From positions 7,360,001-7,424,000 of the forward strand of contig CAVUSO010000001.1 of the NCBI GenBank assembly GCA_963744145.1: a stretch of 64,000 nucleotides of DNA, written 5' to 3'. Below, piece by piece: positions 39,710-49,915 of this stretch. A model generated the notes under the pieces. It had not been told where the DNA came from, did not search any database, and worked only from the letters and a program-made list of their open reading frames with translations. Origin of the DNA: an uncultured cyanobacterium. GTDB taxonomy: Bacteria > Cyanobacteriota > Cyanobacteriia > Cyanobacteriales > CAWUOF01. The translations under genes and the position numbers were made by a program. The stretch's first letter is position 1; each line of letters starts with the position of its first letter.

Positions 39710-41758
39710 ATGTCACTTCAATGGATACTGATTCAACGGATTTTCACTGGTAAATTCTGGCTAAGTTTTACTCTAATTTTAACTTGGTTATCAGCACCAG
39801 TGTTAGCATTATCTACACCAAGAAATCCAGATCAAGAAGAAAACTGCGAAGTTTTAATAGCTGGAGGTGGATTAGCTGGATCTGCTGCTGCTTATGAAGC
39901 TTTATTAGCAGGAAAAACCGTTTGTTTGACGGATATTACTGATTGGGTAGGAGGACAAATTTCCAGTCAAGGTACATCAGCTCTAGATGAACGACCAACC
40001 CAAAGAAAATTATTATACTATGCGCGTGGATATCTAGAACTGCGTGAGCGGATTAAACAATACTATGATCGACTTAATCCTGGAGCTTGTTGGGTAAGTG
40101 AATCTTGTTTTTTACCTAAAGACGCACACCAGATTTTATTTGAGATCTTAAAAACCGCTGCTAAACGGGGTAATGGTAACCTAAAATGGTATCCTAATAC
40201 AGTCATCAAAGAATTAGAAATTTCCGGTAGTCAGATTAAAAGTGCGATCGCAATTCAACATCAACCAGCACCCGGTACAGCACCTTTAAATACAGAACCT
40301 TTATCCCAAACCATTGAAGACTCTTATCATTACGAAGATTCACCACGATTTCAAAAAAAGATCATTCATTTTATTCCTAAATCATTCACTTCTCATCTCC
40401 CCCAACCTGAACCTTGGTATGTAATTGATGGGACAGAAACTGGGGAATTAATTGCACTTGCAGATGTACCTTATCGTTTAGGAATTGATGCACGTTCATT
40501 CTTAGAACCATCATCATCTAGTACCATTAATAATCCCTATTGTACACAAGGATTTACCTATCCTTTTGCAATGGAAGCAACCAAAAAAGCCCAACCACAG
40601 ACCAAACCATCTTTTTACGATCGCTATGCTAGCTATTATAGTTATGAAGCCCAGCGATTGGCAAGTTTTCCTTTAGTTTTTACCTATCGCAGAATTCGGA
40701 GTATGAAACCGGATGAGAAATTACCACCAGATCCGCGTAAGTTCCCGATTTATCCTGGGGATATTTCCATGCAAAACTGGTTATGGGGAAATGATTATCG
40801 TCCGGGAACTGCGACAGATAATTTAGTTTATACTCGCGCTCAATTAATAGCTAGCGGACAATTAGAACCAGGAGGATGGATGGGGGGATTGCGAGTAGAA
40901 AGCTTACATAGTGCTGAAGAACTAGCTCAGGGATTCTTTTATTGGTTAGTAGCAGGAAAAACTGATTCCCAATTAGGGGATGGGATCAAAAAACCAGAAC
41001 CGAATTATCGCTATTTAAAGGGATTAGATTCACCGATGGGTACAGTCCATGGATTATCCAAATATCCCTATATTCGTGAAACAAGAAGGATCATTGGAAG
41101 ACCAACTTTTGCTTATCCACAAGGATTTGAAGTCACAGAAGTTGATATATCTCGTCAAGATTATCGGGATGATTGGTATAGATTGAGTTTACTTCCAGAC
41201 GATTATCGCAACCTCTGGGCAATTTTAGCCGGTTTGAACACTATTGCGGTAGTTGATGGGACTCAATCAATCCCAGATACTAAACCGCGATCGCGTTCTA
41301 CCATCTTTCCCGACGCTGTGGGAATTGGTCATTATGCGATCGACTTTCATCCCTGTATGACCAATAGTCCTCCTGAAGCACCAGGAAATCAAGAAAGAGA
41401 GAACGAACGGAGAGGAGCGGGAACTGCATTTCCTTTCCAAATTCCACTGCGAGCGCTGATTCCCCAAAAAATCGATAATATGTTAGTAGTGGGAAAAAGC
41501 ATAGCGACTAGTCATATCGCTGCAGCTGCATATCGAGTTCACTCCTTCGAGTGGTCATCAGGAGCAGCAGCAGGGACTACTGTTGCGTTTGCTTTAGAAC
41601 AGGGAATTATCCCTGAGCAGTTAGTGGAGCAATTACCTTCCCGTGAACCACAGCTAGAAGCACTCCAAGCGCGTTTAATCAAAAATGGTAATCCTATTGC
41701 TTTTCCAAAAACATCTATTTTTAATCAAAATTGGGATAGTTGGAAAAAATTAAGATAA
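39710..41758 (+). CDS. FAD-dependent oxidoreductase, probably exported
   Basis: Signal-like N-terminus; IAGGGLAG Rossmann motif, WVGGQISSQG, YIRETRR, FQIPLRALIP. Confidence 0.88.
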   Translation: MSLQWILIQRIFTGKFWLSFTLILTWLSAPVLALSTPRNPDQEENCEVLIAGGGLAGSAAAYEALLAGKTVCLTDITDWVGGQISSQGTSALDERPTQRKLLYYARGYLELRERIKQYYDRLNPGACWVSESCFLPKDAHQILFEILKTAAKRGNGNLKWYPNTVIKELEISGSQIKSAIAIQHQPAPGTAPLNTEPLSQTIEDSYHYEDSPRFQKKIIHFIPKSFTSHLPQPEPWYVIDGTETGELIALADVPYRLGIDARSFLEPSSSSTINNPYCTQGFTYPFAMEATKKAQPQTKPSFYDRYASYYSYEAQRLASFPLVFTYRRIRSMKPDEKLPPDPRKFPIYPGDISMQNWLWGNDYRPGTATDNLVYTRAQLIASGQLEPGGWMGGLRVESLHSAEELAQGFFYWLVAGKTDSQLGDGIKKPEPNYRYLKGLDSPMGTVHGLSKYPYIRETRRIIGRPTFAYPQGFEVTEVDISRQDYRDDWYRLSLLPDDYRNLWAILAGLNTIAVVDGTQSIPDTKPRSRSTIFPDAVGIGHYAIDFHPCMTNSPPEAPGNQERENERRGAGTAFPFQIPLRALIPQKIDNMLVVGKSIATSHIAAAAYRVHSFEWSSGAAAGTTVAFALEQGIIPEQLVEQLPSREPQLEALQARLIKNGNPIAFPKTSIFNQNWDSWKKLR

Positions 41759-41783
41759 AATTAATAATTAAAGCCTTCGACAG

Positions 41784-42149
41784 GTGTGTTTTTGTGTTAC
41801 AATTATATACGCCAAAGAGATTATGAGCAAAGTACATTCAGTAGCAGTTGTGAATATGGCAACTGCCCCCACAGTAGCTCCTGACCGGATTAATCAGGTT
41901 GTCCAGAAGCCTTATCCCAACTATAAAGTAATTGTGCTAAACGACGATTTTAATACGTTTCAGCACGTTGCCAATACTTTAATGAAATATATTCCAGGGA
42001 TGACTAGCGATCAAGCTTGGGAACTAACTAATCAAGTCCATCACGAAGGACAAGCGATCGTCTGGGTCGGACCCCAAGAACAGGCTGAATTATACCACGA
42101 ACTCCTCAGCCGAGCGGGCCTAACCATGGCTCCTTTAGAGAAGGCTTAG
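41784..42149 (+). CDS. clpS: ATP-dependent Clp protease adaptor ClpS (likely start 41823 or 41856)
   Basis: YKVIVLNDDFNTFQHV...VHHEGQAIV. Confidence 0.95.
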   Translation: MCFCVTIIYAKEIMSKVHSVAVVNMATAPTVAPDRINQVVQKPYPNYKVIVLNDDFNTFQHVANTLMKYIPGMTSDQAWELTNQVHHEGQAIVWVGPQEQAELYHELLSRAGLTMAPLEKA

Positions 42150-42153
42150 GAAA

Positions 42154-42450
42154 ATGAGCAACACACCCAGCGGTAGATTAGTTTTAAATCACTCGACACA
42201 TATTCCTGGACTGATTAAAATTTTGAAGCAGCTCCTTGATTATAGTAGCATTGACACCATCACTCCTGGGGTAATTGCTAGAGCTAATGGTCACTCTCCC
42301 CAGATGAAGTTAAAAATTTCTGTACCGATTCGGGGTGGATTTAAGGTGATTGCTAGACAAGGGAAAACAGTCCAGGAAGTTTTTATTTTAACGAGCTTGA
42401 GCCAAAATGACTTAGAAGATGCGATCGGACAAGTTTTAAAAAAGCATTGA
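42154..42450 (+). CDS. DUF2103 family protein
   Basis: GRLVLNHSTHIPGLI, ITPGVI, GFKVIARQGKTVQEVF. Confidence 0.85.
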   Translation: MSNTPSGRLVLNHSTHIPGLIKILKQLLDYSSIDTITPGVIARANGHSPQMKLKISVPIRGGFKVIARQGKTVQEVFILTSLSQNDLEDAIGQVLKKH

Positions 42451-42645
42451 ATAATTTAGGTTAATCTTTAATTAGCGATCGCTGCAATGCTGTGATCTTA
42501 GCACTTGTTTTTTAGCTATATTAATAATCGACTTAAGTATTTATACTCATCTACTTTCCTTAATCACGGGTTAGAATAAAGTAGAGAGCTGCTTAGAGAT
42601 CCTAATTGTAATTTCCATAGTTAACCCAATTTTTTTTAAGAAAAA

Positions 42646-45039
42646 ATGAATCCTACCATACCTGGTTTATATGTTCAGTCTACCACTAGCAAACAGCTAG
42701 TATTTCCCCTCAAGCATACAGAAGTCCTAGCAAAAATTGCGGGAAATATATCACGAGTTGAAGTTACCCAAAGTTTTGAAAATCCTTTTACTGAACCCCT
42801 AGAAGCAATTTATGTTTTTCCCTTACCTGATGAATCCGCTGTTGATCAGATGGAAATTAAAATTGGCGATCGCATCATTAAAGGTAATATCAAAAAACGG
42901 GAAGAAGCTAAACAAATTTATGAGCAAGCTAAACAAGAAGGACGTACTGCTGGATTATTAGAACAAGAACGAGATAATATTTTTACTCAATCCTTGGCTA
43001 ATATTAGACCTGGAGAACAAATTGATGTCACAATTCGCTACACGGAGAGTCTCAAATTTAGTGGTGGTGACTATGAATTTGTCTTTCCGATGGTAGTCGG
43101 ACCGCGTTATATTCCTGGTACAGCCATTGATGATAGTGGTGATACAGATATTGTTCCCGATGCTAGTCGCATTAATCCTCCAATTATTCCACCAAAAACC
43201 CGCTCAAAACATGATATTGGAGTTACGATCGAAATTGCAGCTGGTGTCCCAGTCAAAAATGTGCAATCCCCATCCCATCAATTACAAATTGATTGTGCAG
43301 AATCACTGATCAGAGTTAAACTGGGTGGAGAAGATACTATCCCTAATAAGGATTTAATCTTACGTTATCAAGTTGCTGGTGATCATACTCAAGCAACAGT
43401 ATTAACTCAAACTGATGAACGGGGAGGACATTTTGCGATCTATCTGATTCCTGCGATCGCATATAAAACCCAAGAGATTGTTGCCAAAGATGTGGTATTT
43501 TTGATGGATACATCTGGTTCTCAAGCTGGTGATCCGTTAAGGAAATGTCAAGAATTAATGCGTCGTTTTATTAATGGATTAAATCCGGATGATACCTTTA
43601 CCATTATTGATTTTTCTAGTACCACTCGTCAACTCTCATCTCATCCATTACCCAATACCCAGAAAAATCGTCAAAAAGCGATCGCATATATTAATAAACT
43701 CCAAGCTAATGGTGGAACAGCATTACTCAACGGAATCAAAGCAGTATTAAATTTTCCCACAGCACCAGCAGGACGGTTACGGAGTATAGTGTTATTAACT
43801 GATGGTTATATTGGTAATGATAATGAAATTTTAGCTGAAGTTCAAAGACATCTCAAATCAGGAAATCGTCTCTATAGTTTTGGTGCTGGTAGTTCAGTTA
43901 ATCGTTTTTTACTCAATCGTCTGGGAGAAATAGGAAGAGGAACTTGTCACATTATTCCACAAGATGAAGGAACAGAAGAAGTCGCAGAAAAGTTTTTCCG
44001 GGAAATTAATAATCCCGTTTTGACAAATATCGATATCAACTGGGAAAGTGAGGGAGAAACTCCAGAAATTTATCCAGAAATCACCCCAGATTTGTTTGCT
44101 GAACAACCTTTGGTTTTATTTGGACGTAAACGCGATCGCACATCTGGTAAATTACATATTACGGGAATAGCAGCGGGTGGACATAGTTATCACCAGGTAT
44201 TTGAACTTAACTTTTCCGATGGGGGAAATCTAGCGATCGCACAACTTTGGGGTCGATCGCGAATTAAGGATTTAATGAACCAAATGTTTAGTGGGGAGAA
44301 AAAATCCCTAGTTGATGCTGTAGTAGACACAGCATTAACTTATCAATTATTATCTGAATATACAGCCTTTGTCGCAGTTAGTGAAGAAGTCCGAGTTGAT
44401 CCAGAAGGTAATAAAATATCTGTCCAAGTACCTGTAGAAATACCCGAAGGTGTGAGTTATGAAGGGATATTTGGTGAGAGTGATCTAGAAAGAATAGCTC
44501 CTGGTGGACAAGTATTAAGGAGAGTATCAGCACCCTCCGGTCAAAGTCTATCTTCACTACGTCCTAGAAGTGCTAGTCCACTCCCTACTGATAACTTTAA
44601 TAATCTGATCACCAATATAAGTGCAAAAATCCGAGGTATAACTTTCCCATCTTCCTCGGAAACTATTGAAGAATGGAAACAAAACCTAGTTTATCAGTCT
44701 ACTGGTGCTAGAGAAGAAATGGAAATGGAAGCTGCTGCTGATGAAATTCAAGCAAACCTAAAAATAGCAATTATTAGTGTCACCGGATTAGATGAAGCCA
44801 CAAAAAATACTCTACAACAATATTTGCAAAGTGTCAATATTCCGAAGGGGTTCAGTGGTGAAATAGTTTTAGAATTTCCAGTCAAACAAGGTCGGGTAGG
44901 TCGAATTATTTTGGATGATCAAACATCGACTTTAGATGCTCCGGAAGTAGTTGAACCGATTAAGCGATCGCTAGTTACCTGGAAATTCCCCGAAGCGATC
45001 GACGATACTATCCGACTGACCTTAAAAATTAACCCGTGA
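42646..45039 (+). CDS. VIT and vWA domain protein
   Basis: EAIYVFPLPDESAV (VIT); MIDAS DTSGSQ, GGT, LLTDG; LSEYTAFVAV. Confidence 0.92.
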   Translation: MNPTIPGLYVQSTTSKQLVFPLKHTEVLAKIAGNISRVEVTQSFENPFTEPLEAIYVFPLPDESAVDQMEIKIGDRIIKGNIKKREEAKQIYEQAKQEGRTAGLLEQERDNIFTQSLANIRPGEQIDVTIRYTESLKFSGGDYEFVFPMVVGPRYIPGTAIDDSGDTDIVPDASRINPPIIPPKTRSKHDIGVTIEIAAGVPVKNVQSPSHQLQIDCAESLIRVKLGGEDTIPNKDLILRYQVAGDHTQATVLTQTDERGGHFAIYLIPAIAYKTQEIVAKDVVFLMDTSGSQAGDPLRKCQELMRRFINGLNPDDTFTIIDFSSTTRQLSSHPLPNTQKNRQKAIAYINKLQANGGTALLNGIKAVLNFPTAPAGRLRSIVLLTDGYIGNDNEILAEVQRHLKSGNRLYSFGAGSSVNRFLLNRLGEIGRGTCHIIPQDEGTEEVAEKFFREINNPVLTNIDINWESEGETPEIYPEITPDLFAEQPLVLFGRKRDRTSGKLHITGIAAGGHSYHQVFELNFSDGGNLAIAQLWGRSRIKDLMNQMFSGEKKSLVDAVVDTALTYQLLSEYTAFVAVSEEVRVDPEGNKISVQVPVEIPEGVSYEGIFGESDLERIAPGGQVLRRVSAPSGQSLSSLRPRSASPLPTDNFNNLITNISAKIRGITFPSSSETIEEWKQNLVYQSTGAREEMEMEAAADEIQANLKIAIISVTGLDEATKNTLQQYLQSVNIPKGFSGEIVLEFPVKQGRVGRIILDDQTSTLDAPEVVEPIKRSLVTWKFPEAIDDTIRLTLKINP

Positions 45040-45079
45040 AAAAACAGTAGATTTTTTGGGGGGCTCGGCGCAGCAGAAG

Positions 45080-45200
45080 AAGAAGGGCAAAGCATTCGGA
45101 TCTAATATTGCTGCCCTTCGACTACGCTCAGGGTAAAGTTTGATTGTTCAATTGTCGCCCGAATGCTATGCCTCCGGCACGCTGTCGCGAACGCCCCTAC
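45080..45200. repeat. REP-like hairpin carrying two kinds of ~24-nt inserts
   Basis: GGGCAAAGCATTCGG...CCGAATGCT...GCCCCTAC; unit CCCTTCGACTACGCTCAGGGTAAA at 45114-45137; second-family unit at about 45168-45191. Confidence 0.75.
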
Positions 45201-45323
45201 ATCCTATTGATCTGCTAGCGATCGCTGATTAAATCCCAACAGATCTCGGCGCAGAAGAAGGGCCATACAAGTACGGATGAGGAATTGTTATATTAACCAA
45301 AAAGTCTTGAGAGAGTAATTACC

Positions 45324-45572
45324 ATGTGTATTTGCATCAACTGTCATTACGTCGATCGGTGCATTACCTATAATGCCGTAGAAACCCAACATCAACAACC
45401 TCATCTCACGGAAACACCGGATTTTGATCCGATCGAACCAAGTATTAATGTCAATATCCGCTCCCGAGGGGAAGAAATTGAAATGGAATGGGATGTGGTT
45501 GGATGTCTGAGCTTTCAAGAGGAAATGGGTAAATGGGTCCGGTTACGACCGGGTGAGCTAGTTCCCACCTGA
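45324..45572 (+). CDS. ycf34: Ycf34 family protein
   Basis: MCICINCHYVDRCITYNAVE...EWDVVGC. Confidence 0.93.
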   Translation: MCICINCHYVDRCITYNAVETQHQQPHLTETPDFDPIEPSINVNIRSRGEEIEMEWDVVGCLSFQEEMGKWVRLRPGELVPT

Positions 45573-45638
45573 ATCAGTAAGGGGAGAATATGTTAATCTG
45601 CAATATTTCCATATTCTCCCCCAATATTACCAAAATAT

Positions 45639-46289
45639 ATGTCTGTTGTCCAAAAATATGCCCTGGCACTACACACTAGCAGTCCAGAATTAGGTCTAGC
45701 AATTAGTAATTTTACAGATGATCGCCGTTGTCAAACTTGGGACTTAGGTCGAGAGCTATCGAGTTTAATCCATCAGTATTTAGTGGAATTTATTCAACCC
45801 CAAACTTGGACAGATTTAGCCTTTATTGCTGTAGCCAAAGGACCAGGAAGTTTTACTGGTACTCGGATTGGTATGGTTATAGCACGAACTTTAGCACAAC
45901 AGTTGCAAATTCCCTTATTTGCTATTTCTACTTTAGCTGCTGTTGCCTGGTCTAGGCGATCGACGCTGGAAAATCCCACCTCGATCGCTGTCCAAATGAC
46001 TGCGGCTCGTGGTCAAATCTTTACAGGTATCTATGAAATTAATTCTAGTAGCAATACTTGCATAGAATTACAACCAGATACAGTCATGCAGCCCGACACC
46101 TGGCACCAAACTCTCAATCATTGGCCCACTGCCCATCAATTAATTTCAGCCGAAGGAAATTTAGGTTATACCGCAATTAATTTATTAGAACTAGCTGCTC
46201 TAGATTGGGCACAAGGTCACCAGCCCCATTGGTCAACAGCACTACCATTTTACGGTCAACACCCGATCGAAGACAAGACTACCAGCTAG
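45639..46289 (+). CDS. tsaB: t6A37 threonylcarbamoyltransferase complex subunit TsaB
   Basis: ALALHTS, AVAKGPGSFTGTRIG, AARGQ. Confidence 0.93.
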   Translation: MSVVQKYALALHTSSPELGLAISNFTDDRRCQTWDLGRELSSLIHQYLVEFIQPQTWTDLAFIAVAKGPGSFTGTRIGMVIARTLAQQLQIPLFAISTLAAVAWSRRSTLENPTSIAVQMTAARGQIFTGIYEINSSSNTCIELQPDTVMQPDTWHQTLNHWPTAHQLISAEGNLGYTAINLLELAALDWAQGHQPHWSTALPFYGQHPIEDKTTS

Positions 46290-46373
46290 TTATTAACCAA
46301 ATTTTTTGATTGAATGATCCAAATATTTGTACAATAAGACACAAAGATTCTCAGCAAATTTTGGAGAGAAACG

Positions 46374-46682
46374 ATGTCGCGTGCAGTTGGGATGGTAGAA
46401 GTAATCGGTTATCCTTCAGTATTACAAGTGTCGGACACAATGGTGAAAGCTGCTCGTGTTACACTCGTTCACTGTGAAAAAATCACCAGAGGATACTGGA
46501 CGGTCATAGTCAGAGGAGACGTTTCTGAAGTCCAAGCAGCAGTAGCTGCTGGGATTGACTCGGTGAAAAAAGTTGATGGTGGACAATTAGTTTCCTATCA
46601 TATCATTGCCCGTCCCCATGAAAACCTCGAATATGTTCTACCGATCGGTTATCCTCCTAGTGTAGACCAATTTCGATTCTAG
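46374..46682 (+). CDS. ccmK: Carboxysome shell hexamer CcmK paralog (orphan)
   Basis: [35 protein letters not shown]. Confidence 0.92.
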   Translation: MSRAVGMVEVIGYPSVLQVSDTMVKAARVTLVHCEKITRGYWTVIVRGDVSEVQAAVAAGIDSVKKVDGGQLVSYHIIARPHENLEYVLPIGYPPSVDQFRF

Positions 46683-46747
46683 GTTTTTTTGATCGTTATC
46701 GTGCGATCGCGCTCATTCTGAGAAAATAAAATATCACATCAAGATCA

Positions 46748-47122
46748 ATGAGACGTTCTCACCGAACGTCTCTACTAAAAATAATATCTCAATTAAATTT
46801 GATGACTGTTACCATCAATGCTAGTCTACATCCCATCGTTCTTGGTTTTCATGCCCTTTCTGATCCAATCCGAATCCAGATATTGGAACTGCTCCGCTCT
46901 CAAGAATTGTGTGTCTGTGAACTGTGCGATCGCTTAGAAATCAATCAGTCTAAACTATCATTCCACCTCAAAACCTTAAAAGAAGCAGGTTTAGTCCATG
47001 GTCGTCAAGAAGGACGTTGGGTCTACTACCGTCTCAATTTATCCCAGTTTGTTGTCTTAGAACAATACCTAACAGAGTATCGTCGTTTTAGTGAAATCTT
47101 ACCAGCTCGTTCTTGTCCTTAG
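46748..47122 (+). CDS. arsR: ArsR/SmtB family repressor (likely start MTVTI at 46802)
   Basis: FHALSDPIR, ELCVCEL metal-binding motif, SFHLKTLK; lies upstream of acr3-arsC. Confidence 0.9.
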   Translation: MRRSHRTSLLKIISQLNLMTVTINASLHPIVLGFHALSDPIRIQILELLRSQELCVCELCDRLEINQSKLSFHLKTLKEAGLVHGRQEGRWVYYRLNLSQFVVLEQYLTEYRRFSEILPARSCP

Positions 47123-47174
47123 TTGTGCCCAGAGTGTCCTCTCCTATCCCCTCATCACCAGACAACTAGAAAAG

Positions 47175-47303
47175 CAATAGACTTCTTGCAAAAATAACTA
47201 GGACAGGCAAGATGCCTGTCCCACAACCAAAAAAACTCTTGTGGGACAGGCATCTTGCCTGTCCAGTAAATTGATCAACATGACTTTTACTTTCTTGTCT
47301 AAT
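47175..47303 (+). mobile_element. MITE/REP-like element, copy 1
   Basis: CAATAGACTTCTTGCAAAAATAACTA-GGACAGGCAAGATGCCTGTCC...GGACAGGCATCTTGCCTGTCC...GACTTTTACTTTCTTGTCTAAT. Confidence 0.7.
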
Positions 47304-47306
47304 AGC

Positions 47307-47356
47307 TTGACATATCAAATTTTTTTGATACGATACATATATCAAATTTTTTTGAT
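47307..47356 (+). promoter_or_regulatory. ars promoter with two ArsR operator repeats
   Basis: TTGACA at 47307-47312; ATCAA-N6-TTGAT at 47314-47329 and 47341-47356, the architecture known for the Synechocystis arsBHC operator. Confidence 0.8.
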
Positions 47357-47381
47357 ATGATAATCTGGATTCAAACAGAAA

Positions 47382-48455
47382 ATGGACATAAATATAAAAA
47401 CCAGAGCCAAACAGCTTTCTGTACTTGACCGATTTCTGACCTTGTGGATTTTTTTAGCAATGATCGGAGGAATAGGTTTAAGCTATTTTCTTCCGGGAGT
47501 CGAAGGATTGCTCAACCAATTTCAAGTGGGAACAACAAACCTAGCGATCGCGATCGGTTTAATTTTGATGATGTATCCACCTTTAGCTAAAGTGCGCTAT
47601 GAAGAATTAGGGGATGTATTTCGGAACGGCAAAATTCTGGGTCTGTCCTTACTTCAGAACTGGGTGATTGGTCCAGTATTAATGTTTGCGCTTGCCATTA
47701 TCTTTCTGCATGATTATCCAGAATATATGGCAGGATTAATTATGATGGGATTAGCCCGTTGTATCGCCATGGTAATTGTTTGGAATGAATTAGCCAAAGG
47801 GGATACAGAATACACAGCGGGACTGGTAGCATTTAACAGTATTTTTCAAATTCTTTTCTATAGCGTTTATGCTTGGTTTTTTCTGACTATTTTGCCACCC
47901 CTATTTGGGTTTAAAGGTAGTATAGTTGAGATTGGCATTGGGGAAATTGCTCAAAGTGTTTTTATCTATTTAGGAATTCCCTTTCTAGCTGGATTTATTA
48001 CTCGTGTGGTTTTAATTAAAGCCAAAGGTAGGAAGTGGTATCACCAGGAATTTATTCCTAAAATCAGTCCTATTACCTTGATGGCATTACTATTTACTAT
48101 AGTAGTGATGTTTAGTTTAAAAGGTAGTCTGATTCTCCAAATTCCCATGGACGTGATTCGCATTGCAATTCCTTTATTGATTTACTTTGTCATGATGTTT
48201 TTGATTAGTTTTTATCTAGCATGGAGGATGAAGACAGACTATGAAAAAGCAGCGAGTTTAGCATTTACCGCAGCTAGCAATAACTTTGAGTTAGCGATCG
48301 CGGTGGCGATCGCTGTATTTGGCATTAAATCAGGGCAAGCTTTTGCAGCGGTAATTGGACCATTAGTGGAAGTTCCAGTATTAATTAGTCTAGTTAACGT
48401 AGCATTTTGGTTGCGGAAACTTTTTTTTCAGACTGCGGAAACAAAAACTTTGTAA
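47382..48455 (+). CDS. arsB: ACR3 family arsenite efflux transporter
   Basis: [45 protein letters not shown]. Confidence 0.95.
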   Translation: MDINIKTRAKQLSVLDRFLTLWIFLAMIGGIGLSYFLPGVEGLLNQFQVGTTNLAIAIGLILMMYPPLAKVRYEELGDVFRNGKILGLSLLQNWVIGPVLMFALAIIFLHDYPEYMAGLIMMGLARCIAMVIVWNELAKGDTEYTAGLVAFNSIFQILFYSVYAWFFLTILPPLFGFKGSIVEIGIGEIAQSVFIYLGIPFLAGFITRVVLIKAKGRKWYHQEFIPKISPITLMALLFTIVVMFSLKGSLILQIPMDVIRIAIPLLIYFVMMFLISFYLAWRMKTDYEKAASLAFTAASNNFELAIAVAIAVFGIKSGQAFAAVIGPLVEVPVLISLVNVAFWLRKLFFQTAETKTL

Positions 48456-48485
48456 TCAAATAATTTTTTAACCCAAATTGTAGTC

Positions 48486-48890
48486 ATGAAAAGAATCATG
48501 TTTGTGTGTAAAAAAAATTCTGCTCGTTCCCAAATAGCAGAAGGCTTTGCTAAAGTAATTGGTCAAGGACAAATCGAAGTAACTAGCTCTGGATTAGAAG
48601 CTAGTCAAGTAAATCCTGGTGCAATTGATACGATGAAAGAAATTGGAATTGATATTAGTGATCAAACCTCCAAAGCTCTTAACAATTTTCATCCAGAAGA
48701 TTTTGATGTGGTGATTTCTTTGTGTGGATGCGGTGTGAATTTACCACCAGAATGGGTAGTACGGGAGGTATTTGAAGACTGGCAATTAGATGATCCCGCA
48801 GAGCAACCAGAAATATTTCCGAAAATCCGTGATGAAATTAAGAATCGGGTAACTCAATTGATAGCTTCAATAGACTTCTTGCAAAAATAA
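48486..48890 (+). CDS. arsC: Arsenate reductase, cyanobacterial glutaredoxin-coupled type
   Basis: FVCKKNSARSQIAEG, ISLCGCG, WQLDDP. Confidence 0.93.
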   Translation: MKRIMFVCKKNSARSQIAEGFAKVIGQGQIEVTSSGLEASQVNPGAIDTMKEIGIDISDQTSKALNNFHPEDFDVVISLCGCGVNLPPEWVVREVFEDWQLDDPAEQPEIFPKIRDEIKNRVTQLIASIDFLQK

Positions 48891-49079
48891 CTAAGACAGT
48901 CAAGATGACTGTCCCACAAATGCAAAAATAACTAAGACAGTCAAGATGACTGTCCCACAAATGCAAAAATAACTAAGACAGTCAAGATGACTGTCCCACA
49001 AAAGTCATTTTTCCTAGTGGAACGGATATCTTGTCTGTTCTATAAATTACCCAAAAGGACTTTTACTTGCTTGTCTAAT
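48868..49079 (+). mobile_element. MITE/REP-like element, copy 2, with three tandem 41-bp units (48880-49002)
   Basis: Same termini as 47175-47303; TGCAAAAATAACTAAGACAGTCAAGATGACTGTCCCACAAA x3. Confidence 0.7.
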
Positions 49080-49082
49080 TAT

Positions 49083-49898
49083 TTAATCTGGCAAATCAGG
49101 ATCAATTCCCAATTCACGCAACTTAGCAGCCAATCTTTCAGATTTTTGGCGTTCTTGCTGAACAAGTTCTGCACTCCACAGGAGCAAATTACCTGACTTA
49201 TCCCACCAGCGTAGCCAATTCATTCTTTGTTGCAACCGTTCCCCTTGCCAAATTCCTAGATATAGTTCTAGTTCTGGAACCCACAACCGCTCCTGAGCCC
49301 TAGCTGAGTTGAAATCGCAGCTTCCATTTTCCCAAGTCCACACATGGAGAATAACTGCATAAGGGTCATAAGTGATGTATGTAGACACTTGGAGAACTTC
49401 TTTGTAGAAGTATAATTTGCCGTAGGGAGGAAATGATCTGAGGGATAATTCTCCTGCATCTGATTTAGTGAGAAACTCCATTACAACTGCCACACCTGCA
49501 CCATCAAGATTAGGGGTATAACTGCGGCGAATCTTCCCTTCTGGTAGAGGATTTACTTGAGGCACATAAAACCAATCTGGAGCTTTGATGACAATTTGTT
49601 CATCGATAGTTGCAACTAGCGCCAAATTAGAGCCAATGAGCATTTCTGGTTGGATATATTCTGCGGCTCCTAGTGCATCAGTGAGAGCAGCTGCCAGAGC
49701 AGGTTGTTGAATATTTTCGATCGCATCATCAGGGAAGATAAAGTCAGCTGGTAGGGGTTCCCAGCTAATGGTTGGTTTGTCTTGAATATTCTGGGTATCT
49801 ATAACCATTGTATTAGCCATCAACCACAAATATTTGTCCAGATTTTTTAGATTAACTTTGCTGTAACGATTTCCCAAGTGGTAATCGCAGCTATCCAC
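49083..49898 (-). CDS. Uma2 family protein (start probably MANTM or MVIDT)
   Basis: ENIQQP, KAPDWFYVP, VVMEFL, LRELGIDPD. Confidence 0.88.
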   Translation of the reverse strand: MDSCDYHLGNRYSKVNLKNLDKYLWLMANTMVIDTQNIQDKPTISWEPLPADFIFPDDAIENIQQPALAAALTDALGAAEYIQPEMLIGSNLALVATIDEQIVIKAPDWFYVPQVNPLPEGKIRRSYTPNLDGAGVAVVMEFLTKSDAGELSLRSFPPYGKLYFYKEVLQVSTYITYDPYAVILHVWTWENGSCDFNSARAQERLWVPELELYLGIWQGERLQQRMNWLRWWDKSGNLLLWSAELVQQERQKSERLAAKLRELGIDPDLPD

Positions 49899-49915
49899 TA
49901 AACACTATCAACTGT

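Noticed and set aside
48880..49002. CRISPR-like appearance of palindromic 41-bp repeats
   Set aside because: Units abut with no unique spacers, belong to a dispersed element, and no cas genes are present
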